The notes beneath the pieces were generated by a model. It saw nothing but the letters and a program-made list of their open reading frames with translations. It searched no databases and was not told where the DNA came from. This document shows, one piece after another, positions 11,840 through 24,741 of a stretch of DNA of 64,000 nt. A program made the position numbers and the translations under genes. Origin of the DNA: Camelus dromedarius (lineage: Eukaryota); the NCBI RefSeq assembly GCF_036321535.1, contig NC_087436.1:14074001-14138000 (forward strand), in the 5' to 3' direction. The first letter of the stretch is position 1, and the number at the start of each line of letters is the position of its first letter.

Positions 11840-12425
11840 GCAGACCCCTCTTTCCACAATTATAATCACTCTTGTTTGCATCCAAAGCATCACAGTGACC
11901 TTGCCTGACAGGAGATTCTTTGCCTCCATCTGCACCTAAGTCAGCCAACTTAATTTTCCCCACTCAGGCAAAGCAAGGAGAAGATATATGTAGGGGGAAA
12001 TGTTCTGGTTCTGCCTTAAATGAAAATGAAGCTGAAATACAAAAAGCTATTTTTAAATAACTTTAAAGCCTGTGTCATTAATTCTTCGAGTTACCTGAAA
12101 TGCCTTATTGTGATGTTTCGGTTCCAAAAGAGGAAAAGGTTGTATGCAGAGCACAGGCTGCTCTGTGCTGGTAATTATGTGGCTTCCCTTGTGTGTACGC
12201 TTGTCTCGTGTCGTGGTGTCGTACAGTCCCGACTACACGGTAAGTGGACAGTGGCCGCATCTCACGTGGGTTTCGTCTCCATCGTAGCGCTTGCTGAGAT
12301 CACATGTGTCCGCCTTCCAGAGCTGCCTTAGATACATCAACTCTGCATATTTGCACATGTCGCACTTCATTTCCTTGCTTGTTTTCCCTTCTCCTGGTGT
12401 ACTCAGAGAAATTTCTAATAATCTT

Positions 12426-12771
12426 CCCCCTCTCCAGGTGCATAAATAAAATTGTACAAACTGCGTGTCACATGATGGGAACTGAACAGATGAGGTACAG
12501 TTTAGAATCTATTCATGTTGCTTTCACAGCTGGAGTTTGTTTAGACCTTATCTTGAAGTATAAGACTCTCAAAGCAATGCCTCCGAACATGGCCAGTACA
12601 CAATTCATTCTCCCTGTGAGAGTGTGAGAGTTGATGTATTTTTTTGATGCCAGTGAAATGGAATTGGGCATCCATTTCCAGACCTGCCATGATTTCAATC
12701 GTCCAAAAGACACCAACTCTGCAGCCTGTGTCCTTCAACATATGCAGCCACCCCTTAGCCCAGCTGGAAGG
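12426..12771 (-). pseudogene. ATP5MK: Full-length processed pseudogene of ATP5MK (USMG5/DAPIT, ATP synthase subunit k)
   Basis: ATG 12690 to TGA 12513 reads MAGLEMDAQFHFTGIKK-(+1 A)-YINSHTLTGRMNCVLAMFGGIALRVLYFKIRSKQTPAVKAT*, matching the 58-aa ATP5MK; intronless with both UTRs; 12-bp TSD tctaataatctt at 12414-12425 and 12772-12783. Confidence 0.95.
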
Positions 12772-15450
12772 TCTAATAATCTTTAAAATTTCTCCTCTAG
12801 GCAATCTCTCATGGCTTTCTTCTCTGCTCTGAGAATTAGATGCAGGCAGTTTTGACTTGCAGATTCTAACTCAGCAGCCGGATACCGTGAGCTAAGGGTC
12901 TTATGTTCCTTCACCTTTCTCTCTGAAGGCTCCTTTAGGAGAATAACTTCATCCTTTAAAAACGCAAAATTTCTCATTTTGAAAGCCCCAATCTCAAAAT
13001 TGTCTTTTCTCATGATTATCTTATCCAAATCTTGTTGGAATTGCATTAAAATAAACACACTTGAACACATGCACACTGTATTGATATGTGATCTTAAAGT
13101 TTTTCTTCAATGATTTTACATTTTTTTCTACTTCCTGCAAAGAAATGTACTATTGCACGAAACTATTTCATCATCAGTTAGGTTTCTGAAAAACATGTCT
13201 TGTTCAGATCCTCAGCTATATGCTTTAATGTTACTATTTGTAACTGAAACAGAAATTAAATCGATGCTTCCAAAATCAACCTTCCAGTTTCAAAGGTCGG
13301 CTCATCTGAACTCAGTCTCAGAGTTTACAGGTGGGAAACCCCTGTGAATTGGGACTGTAATGGCTCAAAACAGCCCACGTGAGACATCGCATAATATTTA
13401 GAAGAAGCTCCCAAGACTGGTGAGCAGAAACACTCATTCCAAACTAGTTCTTTTCTACAAACAGGGGCCACGTCCAGCCTCCCAGGCAGAGGGCTAAACT
13501 TCAGGGTCAGACACCCAGTCAGTCGGTGATAAACCAGGTAAGCTTGCTAAGTTGGTCTGTGGAACATGTTTTAATTTTAGCTGCTCCACATCGACGCACA
13601 GGAGAATTTTAAAAGAAAGTCATCTTTTAGAATGGAAGATGGTTAAAACAAAACCACCAGGATTTCTTTCGCCTACTCGAGGCAATGATCTGCATGGGCG
13701 CCCACACTAAGCTCTCCTGGGTGGAGGCATCCGCACAGCGCAGACTGAGGTGCGGGGGGCACTGGGTCTCAGTGCTGCTTCTGCGTCTCCTTCAGCAAAA
13801 GTCTCCCGGGACTCAGTGTTGCCAAGAACCAGCCCTCAGGGCCCTGTGTCATCTCTCTGCTACCAAGTAGAGACTTGTGTCTGAGGCCGTCATGTTCCGG
13901 AAGGAAGAGATACTCATCTAGAAAGAGTTTTCTCCCCTCTCCATGTTGAATTTAGCTGAAATAGGGAGCAAAATTCACAGAGCAATTTTATGCAAACAGA
14001 AAAGCCGAGTTACTCGAGGCAGACGCTGGAGCAGATGTTTCTGGAAGCCATCTCCCCCTGCCTCCCTTTATAGACTGTGACATTCCTTGTTTCTCACCTC
14101 TTCCTGCCACTGTGTAAGGTCAGGTTTTTCCCGTCGGCTGCCCAGTGCACTGTAGGAACCTTCCAACTCCTCAGACTCCGTCCAGACTCCACACCACTGC
14201 CACCCCCACCAGCTGTTTTTAAAACGGTGTTTGCCAGGTCACCGGCTCCCAGCAACTCGCGGCTTTCCTGTGGCCTTCAGAATAAAATGTAGATCCTCTC
14301 TCGGAGCCTCCCTGCCCTGGGACCTGCCTCCTTCTCTGAGCCTCCTCTCCAGGGCTTCCTACGCAATCTTTGCCCCAGCCTTCCAGAATTAGCCCCACAT
14401 CTGTCTTGTTCTGTGCCTTTGCGTGAGTTCTCCTGCCAGGTGTGGCCCCCTGTCTCCCCTCCTCTTCCTTCATTGTCAATCTCTTGGCCTCACACTCAGT
14501 TCCTAGGAGTCAACTAGGAAGCCCTCCCTCACTTCTCAGCACCCTCTCTGGGCTCCCTCTGTGTCTTCGGTATGTCTCTTTGTCTCTTCTAGAAAGTTTA
14601 TCTCATTGTGTGATAACCAGGGGCTTCTGTACCTCATGAGAACCAGCAGAATCCAGACTGTGAGATCCCTGTAGGCTGGGCTGGGCATAATTTATATATT
14701 CAATAAACACTACCTGATTCAGTGAGTAGCTCCATGGTCATGCAGAAGCAGAGGGCAGGCACCATGGCTGTGAGGTCTACTGCAAAACCCAGCCTTTGTC
14801 CTTGTGTCCTTCTCAACCAGTCTCTCACTTGGCTGTCTGTTTCTACCTTCCCTCCCTGACTCTCCATAGGCACCAGCATCATGGGCAGGCCCTTGAGAAC
14901 ATACTGAAGGTGGAGGAGGGGAGGAATGTTCTAGAAAGGTGCACTTGTCTGTTTGTCCATTTCCTTCTAAGTTCTCAGCATCTGCAATCATACTGGGTAT
15001 AGGCGTAAACCACAACAAGAATTGGAGCAGAATAGGGAGAGGGGTTGGGAAAGGAGAGGGAAAAAACCCTGTTTTTTGGGGGTAGAACCAGTGGAAATAA
15101 AGTTCCATAAAATGAGGTTGTAAAGAACCTCTTCAGATTGAGGGAGGTACCACTGAATATGTAAATGACAGGAAAATGTCAACTTCTTATGTGTGTAGAA
15201 GCCATTGGCCATGTGTATTCTCCTTTGCTTCCTCAGATCCATTTTCTGTGCTGTTGCCACTTGCCCTGGGAGGCTGGCATCTCAGGGCTCCATCCCTTGG
15301 GCTCCCTGCTCCAGGCTCCGACTTGGGTCGGGTTGGCAGGAGACACTATCGGGAGATGAGAGAGGAGGAGGAGAAGGAGGTGGAGACACCTCCCTTCCTT
15401 TCTCCCTTCTGTCTGCCTGGCTCCTGGCAGAATTCACTTGTCCTATTTTC

Positions 15451-15810
<360 letters not shown>

Positions 15811-15892
15811 TAATGGGGGCACTGGGGATTGAACCCAAGACCTTGTACACACCAAGCACACACACTGCCACTGAGCTAGATGCTCCCCTAAT
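15811..15892 (-). mobile_element. tRNA-derived SINE (vic-1-like)
   Basis: Reverse A/B boxes; TSD ttgtcctattttc at 15438-15450 and 15893-15905 encloses SINE plus microsatellite. Confidence 0.92.
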
Positions 15893-16409
15893 TTGTCCTA
15901 TTTTCAACAGAACTGGCAGATCAGCCACAGAAAGGATGAAGCCTTCTACACTTCTTTCAAGAACATGGTGTCTGCAGCGGTAAGGGAGTGGGCTTTGTAA
16001 ATGTCACCGCTCCAGGAACAGAGAAGCCAAAGTGGTGGCGGCTGGTCTTTGGGCCACGGTGGACACTGCAAAATGAAACTTTCTCTGAGTTCACTTTCCT
16101 ATGTCTCTCTTCTGAGATAAGGACCACCCCTGCTCACAAGCTCTGTGCTCAGGGAACTTCACTCATCTAACCAACATCGATAGAGCACCCAGGACCTTTA
16201 ATCTGTGGTAACGAATTTGCCCCACGGAAGCAGCTAAAGGTCACGCCCATTGACCGAAGTCCAATGTTCTGTCTGAAAGCCAAATATCTGTGGCTGCCTT
16301 CTTCCATGGTCTTTGAGATTCTTCATTTTCCTACTTTCAGGTCAAATAAGTGTTATCCAGTGTAGGGACCACAGACAAACTGCTGTAAGAGAAAGTGTTC
16401 CGGAACTGT

Positions 16410-16600
16410 GCTGAGCACTTCCACATGCCTTGGCTAATGTCATCTTAAAAACCCTGGAGGTAGTGAGCCTGATTTCCTTCACTTAGATAAGAAAGCTGAT
16501 TACTGAGAAGTTACAGAACTTGCCCAAGGTTACACTCGTTCCTGACTGCCAAGGCCGGATTCAGACACAGAGACGCCAGGATGCTTGTTCTTAACCACCA
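16410..16600 (-). mobile_element. MIR SINE remnant
   Basis: 'gagaagttacagaacttgcccaaggttacac', 'cttaaccac'. Confidence 0.65.
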
Positions 16601-16752
16601 CACTCCACTACCGTGAGAACTCCGACAAGCCCGTCATCCTCTCTAAGCCTGCATTTCCTCCAGCGAGAGTAAAGAGGCAAGATTGAATCATTTAAAAACT
16701 GCCTCTTGCTCCAAAGGCTGTTCTCCCGAGGAAGCTGCTTTACCTCTAGCAA

Positions 16753-16766
16753 CCACCAGGTGGCGC
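16753..16766 (+). promoter_or_regulatory. CTCF consensus motif
   Basis: CCACCAGGTGGCGC matches the CTCF core. Confidence 0.65.
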
Positions 16767-18443
16767 ACAGCCGACCATCCGATCTGGTTGCCGGGGCTTC
16801 GGGGCCAAGACCTGCTTGCCCCCTGAGCCGTCTCTGACTGTGGCGTGGGAATGGAGTGGAAACTTGTTCCCAGGAGGAATCACTGCAAAGTCACACAGCG
16901 CCCATGTAGCAGAGCCAAGAGTTTAAGCAGTTGATCTGACTCCTCTGGGCATATTTCCATCAGCTGCACCACCCCTGCTCTTAGAGGACAGGTAAGACAG
17001 GAGACTGGGGGTCTCAAGCCTCCAGTTCTTTTTACTGCTTTTGAGGCACCTTTATGTTTCCTGCGAACTGTATGTCAGAATCAGCACTCAGGAAGTAGAC
17101 GGTTACCATACCAAGATGGATGCTCTCAATCAATAAAAGAGAATTGCTGAATAGCACACTCAAACCCACTCTCTGAAATCCCTGTGAAGCCTCTGTCCAG
17201 GATACCAATTTGTAAGTGTGAACATAAAATGGACTGAACTTGGCTGTGAAAGATGGAGACATGATTTGTGACAGAAGCCCAGCTGGGAACTTGCTGCCCA
17301 CGGAAACGGGTTGCAAGTCCGCAAATAGCATCTTCTAAGTGACAGAAGCGTGGACGGTCTGACCACGCTCTTCTCTGACAACCCCAGGCGCTGGTAAGTT
17401 ACAGGAATCGTCCCCGATGGGTTGACCCTTCCTTGCTGGTGGAGTCAATGGCAAGCTGGCCGGCCTGACCATCATCTGCTTTGTCTCCACACTCTGAGAT
17501 GAACCCTGGAGAACAGACATGGGGCATGGGTGCCTAGGGACCTGGGAAATGAAAGGGAAAGACGGAGACAAGGATTCTTCCTTCTTGATGCACTGCCTAA
17601 GGTTCCTGGGTGTGCACGTGTGCTACGTGACAAAACTGGCAGGGACAGCCAGATAGCAAACATTTCCAAGGAGAGAACACGTAGTTCAGGGAGGTAAACA
17701 GGGTCTTCATGAAGGGACAGGATCCCAAGTCCCAAAGTCATAATTGATTACTCCTCCCCCTACTGTGCATCCCCTCTCCAGATTCTGGAAGCATCTGTGG
17801 GAGATTAGTAACTCAGAAAAGTTAGGCCAGTTATCCTGGCTAACTGAGATTTTTGGGAAAAGTGTAAAAATATCTGCTAAAGAAAAAAAAAATTATGAAG
17901 GTCACTTATGCTCATTTAGAACTGAGTTTTCCCACTTGGATTCCTGTTTCCTCCTCTTACTGGAAAAGAAAAAAAATCATTTCTGTCTCCCAAAAGATAA
18001 TTTAAAAAAATTAAACTGATGATTTATTTAGGAAGTCAGTGTGGTTTGTAAAGGCAGTCCCACAAGAACAGAGTTTACTTCCCCCTCTAGCCAGGTCACC
18101 CAAACAACCCAAGAGCGAGAAATCAGCTATGAATCCAGTATCAGCATGCTTGGTGGGAGCAATTAACACTGAGTCAGGTCCAAATACATGTTGGGAGCTG
18201 ATATGACTTTAATCTTTGCATCCACTGGGTGAAGAAACTGCACTTATGTTCGCTCTGGGTCACTGACTAGGACTGCCCCCATGTACGAGCTGGGAGTGTT
18301 GTCAGGCTGAACCAATAAAATCATACTTGGGGCTCCTATGGTCCCACCATCTTCCCTGGCGTAGTCTGTTCTTCCCGTGAAATGTCAGCTCTCAAGAGCC
18401 AGGAGAACAAAGGAAGCCGCAGTATTAACTTGAGGAGAACCAA

Positions 18444-18461
18444 GACGCCATCTGGTGGCCA
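18444..18461 (-). promoter_or_regulatory. CTCF consensus motif
   Basis: Minus strand reads TGGCCACCAGATGGCGTC. Confidence 0.65.
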
Positions 18462-20475
18462 TTCCCTATAAAGCTTTGTCTCGGATGCAGATTCCTTGCA
18501 CGTCGGAGCTGGGTCTTCGGATTTGTAGGAAGCCAGTCTGGATCACCTGTGGAAGCCTGGGAATGCCCAAACTTCCACAAAAAGCTTTTCCCCAATTGAA
18601 GGCCCTCGGCCCCAAGTTTTAGAACAACACCCTAATCACGCAGCCCAGGGGGACACTCCCCTTTGAAGTCTTTCACACTGTGAGAAAAAGAAAGTGTCAT
18701 TTGGGTTGTGATGCTTTCCCCTGTCGGTTGTGAGGGCTCTTGAGAGGGGGAAAAAAAAAAGCCTGAGAAACTCTGATTTTTTTTCCATGAATGTTCTGCA
18801 ATAAAATAGGAAAAAAAAAGAGTCTATTAGGTTCCCCTTCTCATTGAAAACTTCTTTCACTGACAAAAGGCCGTTTTTACAAGACGAATACATTGTGGAC
18901 TTCACTTCTCCCAAGTCCACTCCTTCCATGGGCTCCCTGACCACAAGCTGGCCTTTGCCCTCTTTTGTAGATGGCAGGGACTAAAGTGACCAGAACTCGA
19001 CATTTATTGATGGGTAACCACAGAGCAAGGCTCTGCCTGAGCAAAAATCCCTTCCCAGTGACCCTTGCCCTCACTCTGGGCACATCTCTCCCTAAATCCC
19101 TGCAATAGCCTGTCCTGACCAAGGTGGGAACTTTGTGCCCCAATTCTGAAGAGTCTTGCTTGCTGAGGTAAAATACTCTACGAGTATTTTCATTTTTAAA
19201 GAGACTTCATGAAATCTGTATGAGCCAAAGGATAGAATTTCTAACAGTGTAATTTTACTATTTAACCTTGTAAAGGCAGCCCTGGAAAACAAGCAACAGT
19301 GTCTACCCCTGAGTATTCTCTGGGGGGACCGTGTCTTTGGGTAGGTCCCCCCTGCTCTGAGTAATGTTCCACGTTGTAAAAGTGGCCGTGGGCAGTGGAC
19401 ACTGCTTGAAGCACTTTCCATCTCTGGAAGACCCCTGCTTTGCGTGTGGGTGAGCTGGCCCTCCAGGAGGGACCCTGAGACCTGAACTTTGTGTCCTAAA
19501 AATGAACACCCTCTTCCCTGCTGCTGGAACCCCAGCACTCGTGGCTCTGGTCCAGATGAGCCAAGCACCTTTACCACATCTTTCTCCCCCTGTGGTTGGG
19601 AGCACTGTGCTCAGACTTGCCTGCTCTGAAATAAACAGTTGGGCACTTCTCAGAAACGGGTACTTCATGTTAATTAACAGGAAGAAGATGAAACAGGAAC
19701 CCAGCTCAGAAGGAGCTGTTCACCTCAGAGATCAGGAGAAACGAGTTGGAGGAGGGGGCGGGAGGCCAGGGGAGCGGAGGGAGGAATTGAACCTGCAGCT
19801 GAGCCGGGAAGTTTTCTCAGGCACAGATTGGCTGGCTCATCCTGGTCTGGGACTAGGAAAGGTAGAAATGAGGGCTACTCTCTCATCAGTCACTTGCTTG
19901 GATGTTAGTGAGAGCTCGAGGTGGTCCCCGATGCATCCCCATTTGCAAAGACCAAAGGCCAGATGATCAGCAGGTTCACGTGCTTCGAGAGGCCAGGAGC
20001 ACCTGGATGTCAGCTCACTGGAGGTAAAGAGGACAGTAGCAGACAGGGCACCACAAGGTTGCTCTGTGCCTTTTAGCTAGAATACCCCGAGCACAGACAG
20101 CCTCACGGCCACCTGCTGGTCTCCAGCTCCCGCAGGGACATGCAGTCCACGGCCACCGAGCAGCTCGGAGTGGGGCCGAGGGGAACTGGAGGAGGAAGAG
20201 CCTGCAGCCTGCAGCCCCCAGTTCAGGCGGCGGCTCCGAACGCTTTCCAGCCTGGGGCGGCCCATGGCCCTGAGACTTTGAGGGAAAGAAAGCTGGGGTT
20301 TCTGATCTCACGACTTGTCAGATTTTAAGAATTTCCCCATAAGCCATGGACGTGAGAATTTGTTAAAAGCATCTGGCAGCTGAAAGGGTTTGACAGAAAA
20401 ATTATAAGGTGTCAGTGCCAAGGCACTGCCTGGAGAGCAGAGACAAAACCGGATGAAAGGTCAGGGGAACCGGGG

Positions 20476-20883
20476 TGCTGTGGGTTGAATGTCTCCTGCC
20501 ACCAAAAAAAAATTATGTAGGCTTTTTATCCACTCTGTACCTCAGAATGCGACCCTACTTGGGGACAGGGCTTTTATAGAGGTAATCAAATAAAAATGAA
20601 GTCAGTAGGGTGGCCCTAACCCTACATGACTGACGTCCCAGTACAAAGGGGACATTTGGACACAGGCCACACGGGGAGAATGCCTGGTGAAGGTGAAGAT
20701 GTCCCTCTACAAGCCAAGCAGAAGGCCAGGAGCAACGTGTCCTCATGGCCCTCAAAAGGAACCGACCCTGCTGACACCTTGATCTTGGACTGCCAGCCTC
20801 CAGAATTGGGGGACAATACACTTCTGTTGGGTGCACCCCCAGGCTGAGGCGCTTTGTTACTGCAGCCCCAGGAAGTGGCTGCA
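20476..20883 (+). mobile_element. MaLR LTR (MLT1B/C-like)
   Basis: 'tgctgtgggttgaat', 'gtacctcagaatgcgacc', 'ccctgctgacaccttgatcttggactgccagcctccagaa', 'tttgttactgcagcccca'. Confidence 0.88.
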
Positions 20884-22408
20884 CGGAGTCGAGCCCTGGG
20901 TGCTCTCGGGACAGCCGTGTCCTTGGGTAGCCCCCTCTCTTCCTCTGGGTGATGAGAAGTTGGCTGGACACAGTCCAGAATCCCTTCCAGCCCTGGCCTC
21001 TGGGCCCCTAAGAACCAGGGGAACATCTGGCCCACTTGGAACATAGAAGTGTTACTGGACCAAGACCCTGCTTTTGGGCAACAGGTCACAGTCGTCACGT
21101 TCCTAAGTCAATGTTTTCTGGAGCAGCTGCGCCCAGAGCTGGGGGTGGGGGAGTGCCCCTCAGAGCGAAAGCGTTGTTTAAAAGTGTGTACATAGCTAGT
21201 TATTTGAAACCCATTTTAAGAGTAAATCAGTACATAGGCTACAGAGATCTCTCCCTTCCCCGTAAACCTTCATCTCCCCCGGCCCCCAGCCTTGGAGTTC
21301 AGGGCACCCGATTGTTAGGTGTCATTATTGGACAGTCTATGGAAGGCGCCCACGCCTTTGAACCCACCTCGTTAACCGCATTCGCCGTTCCCGCCTCTTT
21401 CCCACAGCTCCTCGGTGGAGCTGGCTGGGTTTTGCACGGGGATCTGTGGGTGCTGGGCGGGACTGCAGGTGCAGGAGGGGTGGGTGGGGCCGGGGTGGGG
21501 ACCGAGGCCGGCTGCGAGTGAGCGAGCTGGGAAACGTTTCGGTGGGTCTACAGGTTCTGGAAGGGTGCCTTCCCCTCTGAATCCTTGTGTCTTTTTTTTC
21601 TTCACAAGACAGGTTTAAAGCAGGCAGCCGCTGTGGGAACCAGAGCTGAAATTTCACAGGTCAATGACATCGCTTGTTTTTGACATTTTGGTACCAAATT
21701 CAGTGGAGGGATCATTCTAGGAGCGGGTTTAATTGGGAAGCAACCCAGGCCCTCCCCTGGCAGAGGCCTCCTGGTGTGTAACTCAGAAAACAGACCCCAG
21801 GCAGCAGGAGAGACCAAGGCGGACCTAATGTAGCTTCTCCCTTGGGGCTGGTGGGTGGGGGAAGGCAGAGGCTTCTGTGGTGCCAGGAAAAGGGCGGGAA
21901 GGGGGCAGGGGGAGGATGGAGGGGGGAGGGGCAGGGCAGGCTCCTTTGAGGTTCAAGCTGCACGGAGTGACTAAAATGAGGGTGATGTAATGACTGCTGT
22001 GCAGACTTCCCACTGCTAGAATTCTGTGTGAATAATTCTGATAATGACCCTTTACTCAGCAAGGGTGGCGTCCAGATAAGCAGGTTGCCAGAGCTTTCCT
22101 GGCAGCTTATGTGCATGGCGCGCCCGAATGCCACCTGCTGTGACGTAACACATCACCCGTGGGTGACAGACACTTCCCCGTGGGGCCCGTGGGGCCGAGG
22201 GAAAGTGATGAAACCGGACCTGTCCAGAGGGAGAGAGCCACCCCGTGAGTGCTAGGGCTTCCCTGTCCTCTGTGCTCCTGGGGTCAGTGCCCTGCTCCTG
22301 TCCCTGCTGGTGAGGAGCGGCTGGCCACCAGCACTTCCCGGGACAGGAGCACGTCAGATGGACAGAGGCCTCGGTCTTCAGGGGGAAGAGTTCAAGTTTG
22401 CCTTTCTT

Positions 22409-22696
22409 TCTTTCTTTTTTTTTTTAATCCTTTTTTACAAAATTGAAGTATAGTCAGTTTACAATGTTGTGTCAGTTTCTGGTGTGCAGCATAAAGTTTC
22501 ATCCACGTGCATACGTGCATTCCTTTTCATATTCTTTATACAAAACAGAAACCAACTCACAGACATAAAGAACAAACTAATGGTTGCCAGAGGGGAAAGC
22601 AGGTGGTAAGGGGTAAATTGGGAATTTGAGATTTGCAGATACTAGCTACTGTATATAAGTTAGATAAACAGCAAGTTTCTGCTGGAGAGCACAAGG
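22409..22696 (-). mobile_element. 5'-inverted, truncated artiodactyl-type L1 3' end
   Basis: Poly-T plus minus-strand L1 terminus (22409-~22535), then plus-strand L1 3'UTR (~22536-22696); TSD ttgcctttctt at 22398-22408 and 22697-22707. Confidence 0.85.
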
Positions 22697-22929
22697 TTGC
22701 CTTTCTTGTAAGGGGCCTTGTGTAGAGGGAGAGAGGTTGTCACCATAAAGAGGCTGGGCTGTGGTTTATCCGTGCATCTCAAAGCCAAAATTTGGGACCA
22801 GTGCCCCCTGTTCCACACACGGTGAATCTCGTGTCAGCCTTTCCTCCTTTTCGGTAAAAGTCCTCGAAGGTCTCTTTGGGGAACTGCCCCTCCCTCCATT
22901 CTCAGCCTACGTGGTCTGGGGGAGCTCAC

Positions 22930-23447
22930 CCAGACTTTGTGCCCTGAGGTGGGGCACACAGACCAAGACTGACCAATGAGAGGATGGCCACTCCCAGCAC
23001 AGTGCCTGGTTCAGGCGCCAGCCAGCCAGGGACACTCCTGAGACTGTTGTCACTACCATCAGGAAACAGGTGCTCTGTTTCTGCTGGGGCTTCCAAACCT
23101 GTAGGATGAACAGCACCTTGGCCGGGGCACCTCTGAGACTTGGGAGGAGAGGCTGACCAAGAATAAAGCCAACACAGGCTGAAGCCAAGCAGAACAGAGA
23201 GATGGAGGGAGATGGGGGAGACAGAGACAGAGAGATTGACTGATGGATGGGTGGGTGGGTGGGTGGGTGGATGGATTTCTGGCATCCATTGAAGCAACCA
23301 GACCCAGCTTTGTTAGAAACGGAATGAGGTTTTGTTGAAACATCATCATTTTCAGTCTTGTAAGCCCACGCATTCTCAATCTTTCTCTCTCTCCTGTTTT
23401 GAGTTGGGTTTCCATTATTTGCATCTGACAGAGTCATGACCAACACA
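22930..23447 (+). mobile_element. Ancient MaLR-type LTR (MLT1K-like)
   Basis: 'gactgaccaatgaga', terminal 'tttgagttgggtttccattatttgcatctgacagagtcatgaccaacaca'. Confidence 0.55.
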
Positions 23448-23844
23448 CAAAGCCTGTTCCCTCCAAGGGCCCAGCAGCCAGAGTCCACCTGGTCTCCCCC
23501 GGCCACGGCTCTGCTCTCTGGGACGAGCTGGGGGCCCGGCCACACCTCTCGGAGGGACTGGTGCGTTGGAGTCCCTGCCACAGTGTGCCTCCTCATCTCT
23601 CTCTCTCTCTCTCTTCCCCTGGCATCCTCCTTCCTTTTTCTTCTTTCCTTTTCTCCTCCCCCTCTCTCTTGATTTCACCCAAGATTTTAAAAGATGCTAA
23701 ACATTTTGTGGTGCCAGAAAGTAAACAGTGGCTCAAACAATGATGGAGCACGAAGATGGAGGAGCAGCTGGGAGGGGCTCTCACCGGCCTTTTCTGGAAC
23801 AGTTTGAGCATGAAAATGATGGAGGACAGTAGTGAATTCTAGAC

Positions 23845-24244
23845 CATTAAAAAAAATAGGAATCTATGAGTGCATGCCAATTATAAACAGATAAGTGAAT
23901 GAGTGAATGAGTGAGAAGGGCTTTTGCTTATAGTGGAATGCCCAGTGCCAGTCAATAAATGTGAAGGAAATCCTGGTTGAAGCTGTTTGAAAATTTTTCA
24001 TGCTGAAAAATCATCACTTTTGAGCCATCATAATGAAGACTTATGCAGACAAGAATGGCTCAGTGGATGCTAACTTTAAGGGACGTTTTGGTAAGAAATG
24101 GGATATTTTTAGTCTCAAAGTGTCTCCTCACGGACTGCCCATGAGTGACAGGGGAGGCAGAGTATTCATCCAGTGGAGAAATAAGACCATGTCTTCACCA
24201 AAACTCACATCAGCAATGAGTGGGGCCACTGGATCCATCTGCTG
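23845..24244 (+). mobile_element. Old L1 3'UTR (L1MC-like), left part
   Basis: 'cttttgcttatagtggaatgcc..aataaatgtgaagg', 'cagtggatgctaac'; appears to resume after 26389. Confidence 0.6.
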
Positions 24245-24360
24245 ATGGATATTAGGTTGCTTCAATCTCTTGGCTATTGTGAATAATGCTGCTATGGACA
24301 TGGATGTGCAAATATTTCTTCAAGACCTTGCTTTTCTAGTTGCTCTATTCCCTCTGCATA

Positions 24361-24445
24361 TTTTTAAATGGAGGTACTTGGCATTGAACCCAGGACCTCA
24401 TGCATGGTAAGCACGTGCCCTACCACTGAGCTACACCCACCCCAC
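24361..24445 (-). mobile_element. tRNA-derived SINE nested in L1
   Basis: 'ggaggtacttggcattgaacccaggacctcatgcatggtaagcacgtgccctaccactgagctacaccc'. Confidence 0.9.
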
Positions 24446-24604
24446 CTCACTTTTTTTTTTTTTTTTTGCTATATACCTAGAAGTGGGATTGCTGAATCAT
24501 ATGGTAGTTCTATTTTTAATTTTTCAAGGAAACACCATTCTGTTTTCCATAGTGGCTGCACCACTGCACAAAGAGTTCTCTTTACTCCACATCCTTGCCA
24601 ACAT

Positions 24605-24741
<137 letters not shown>

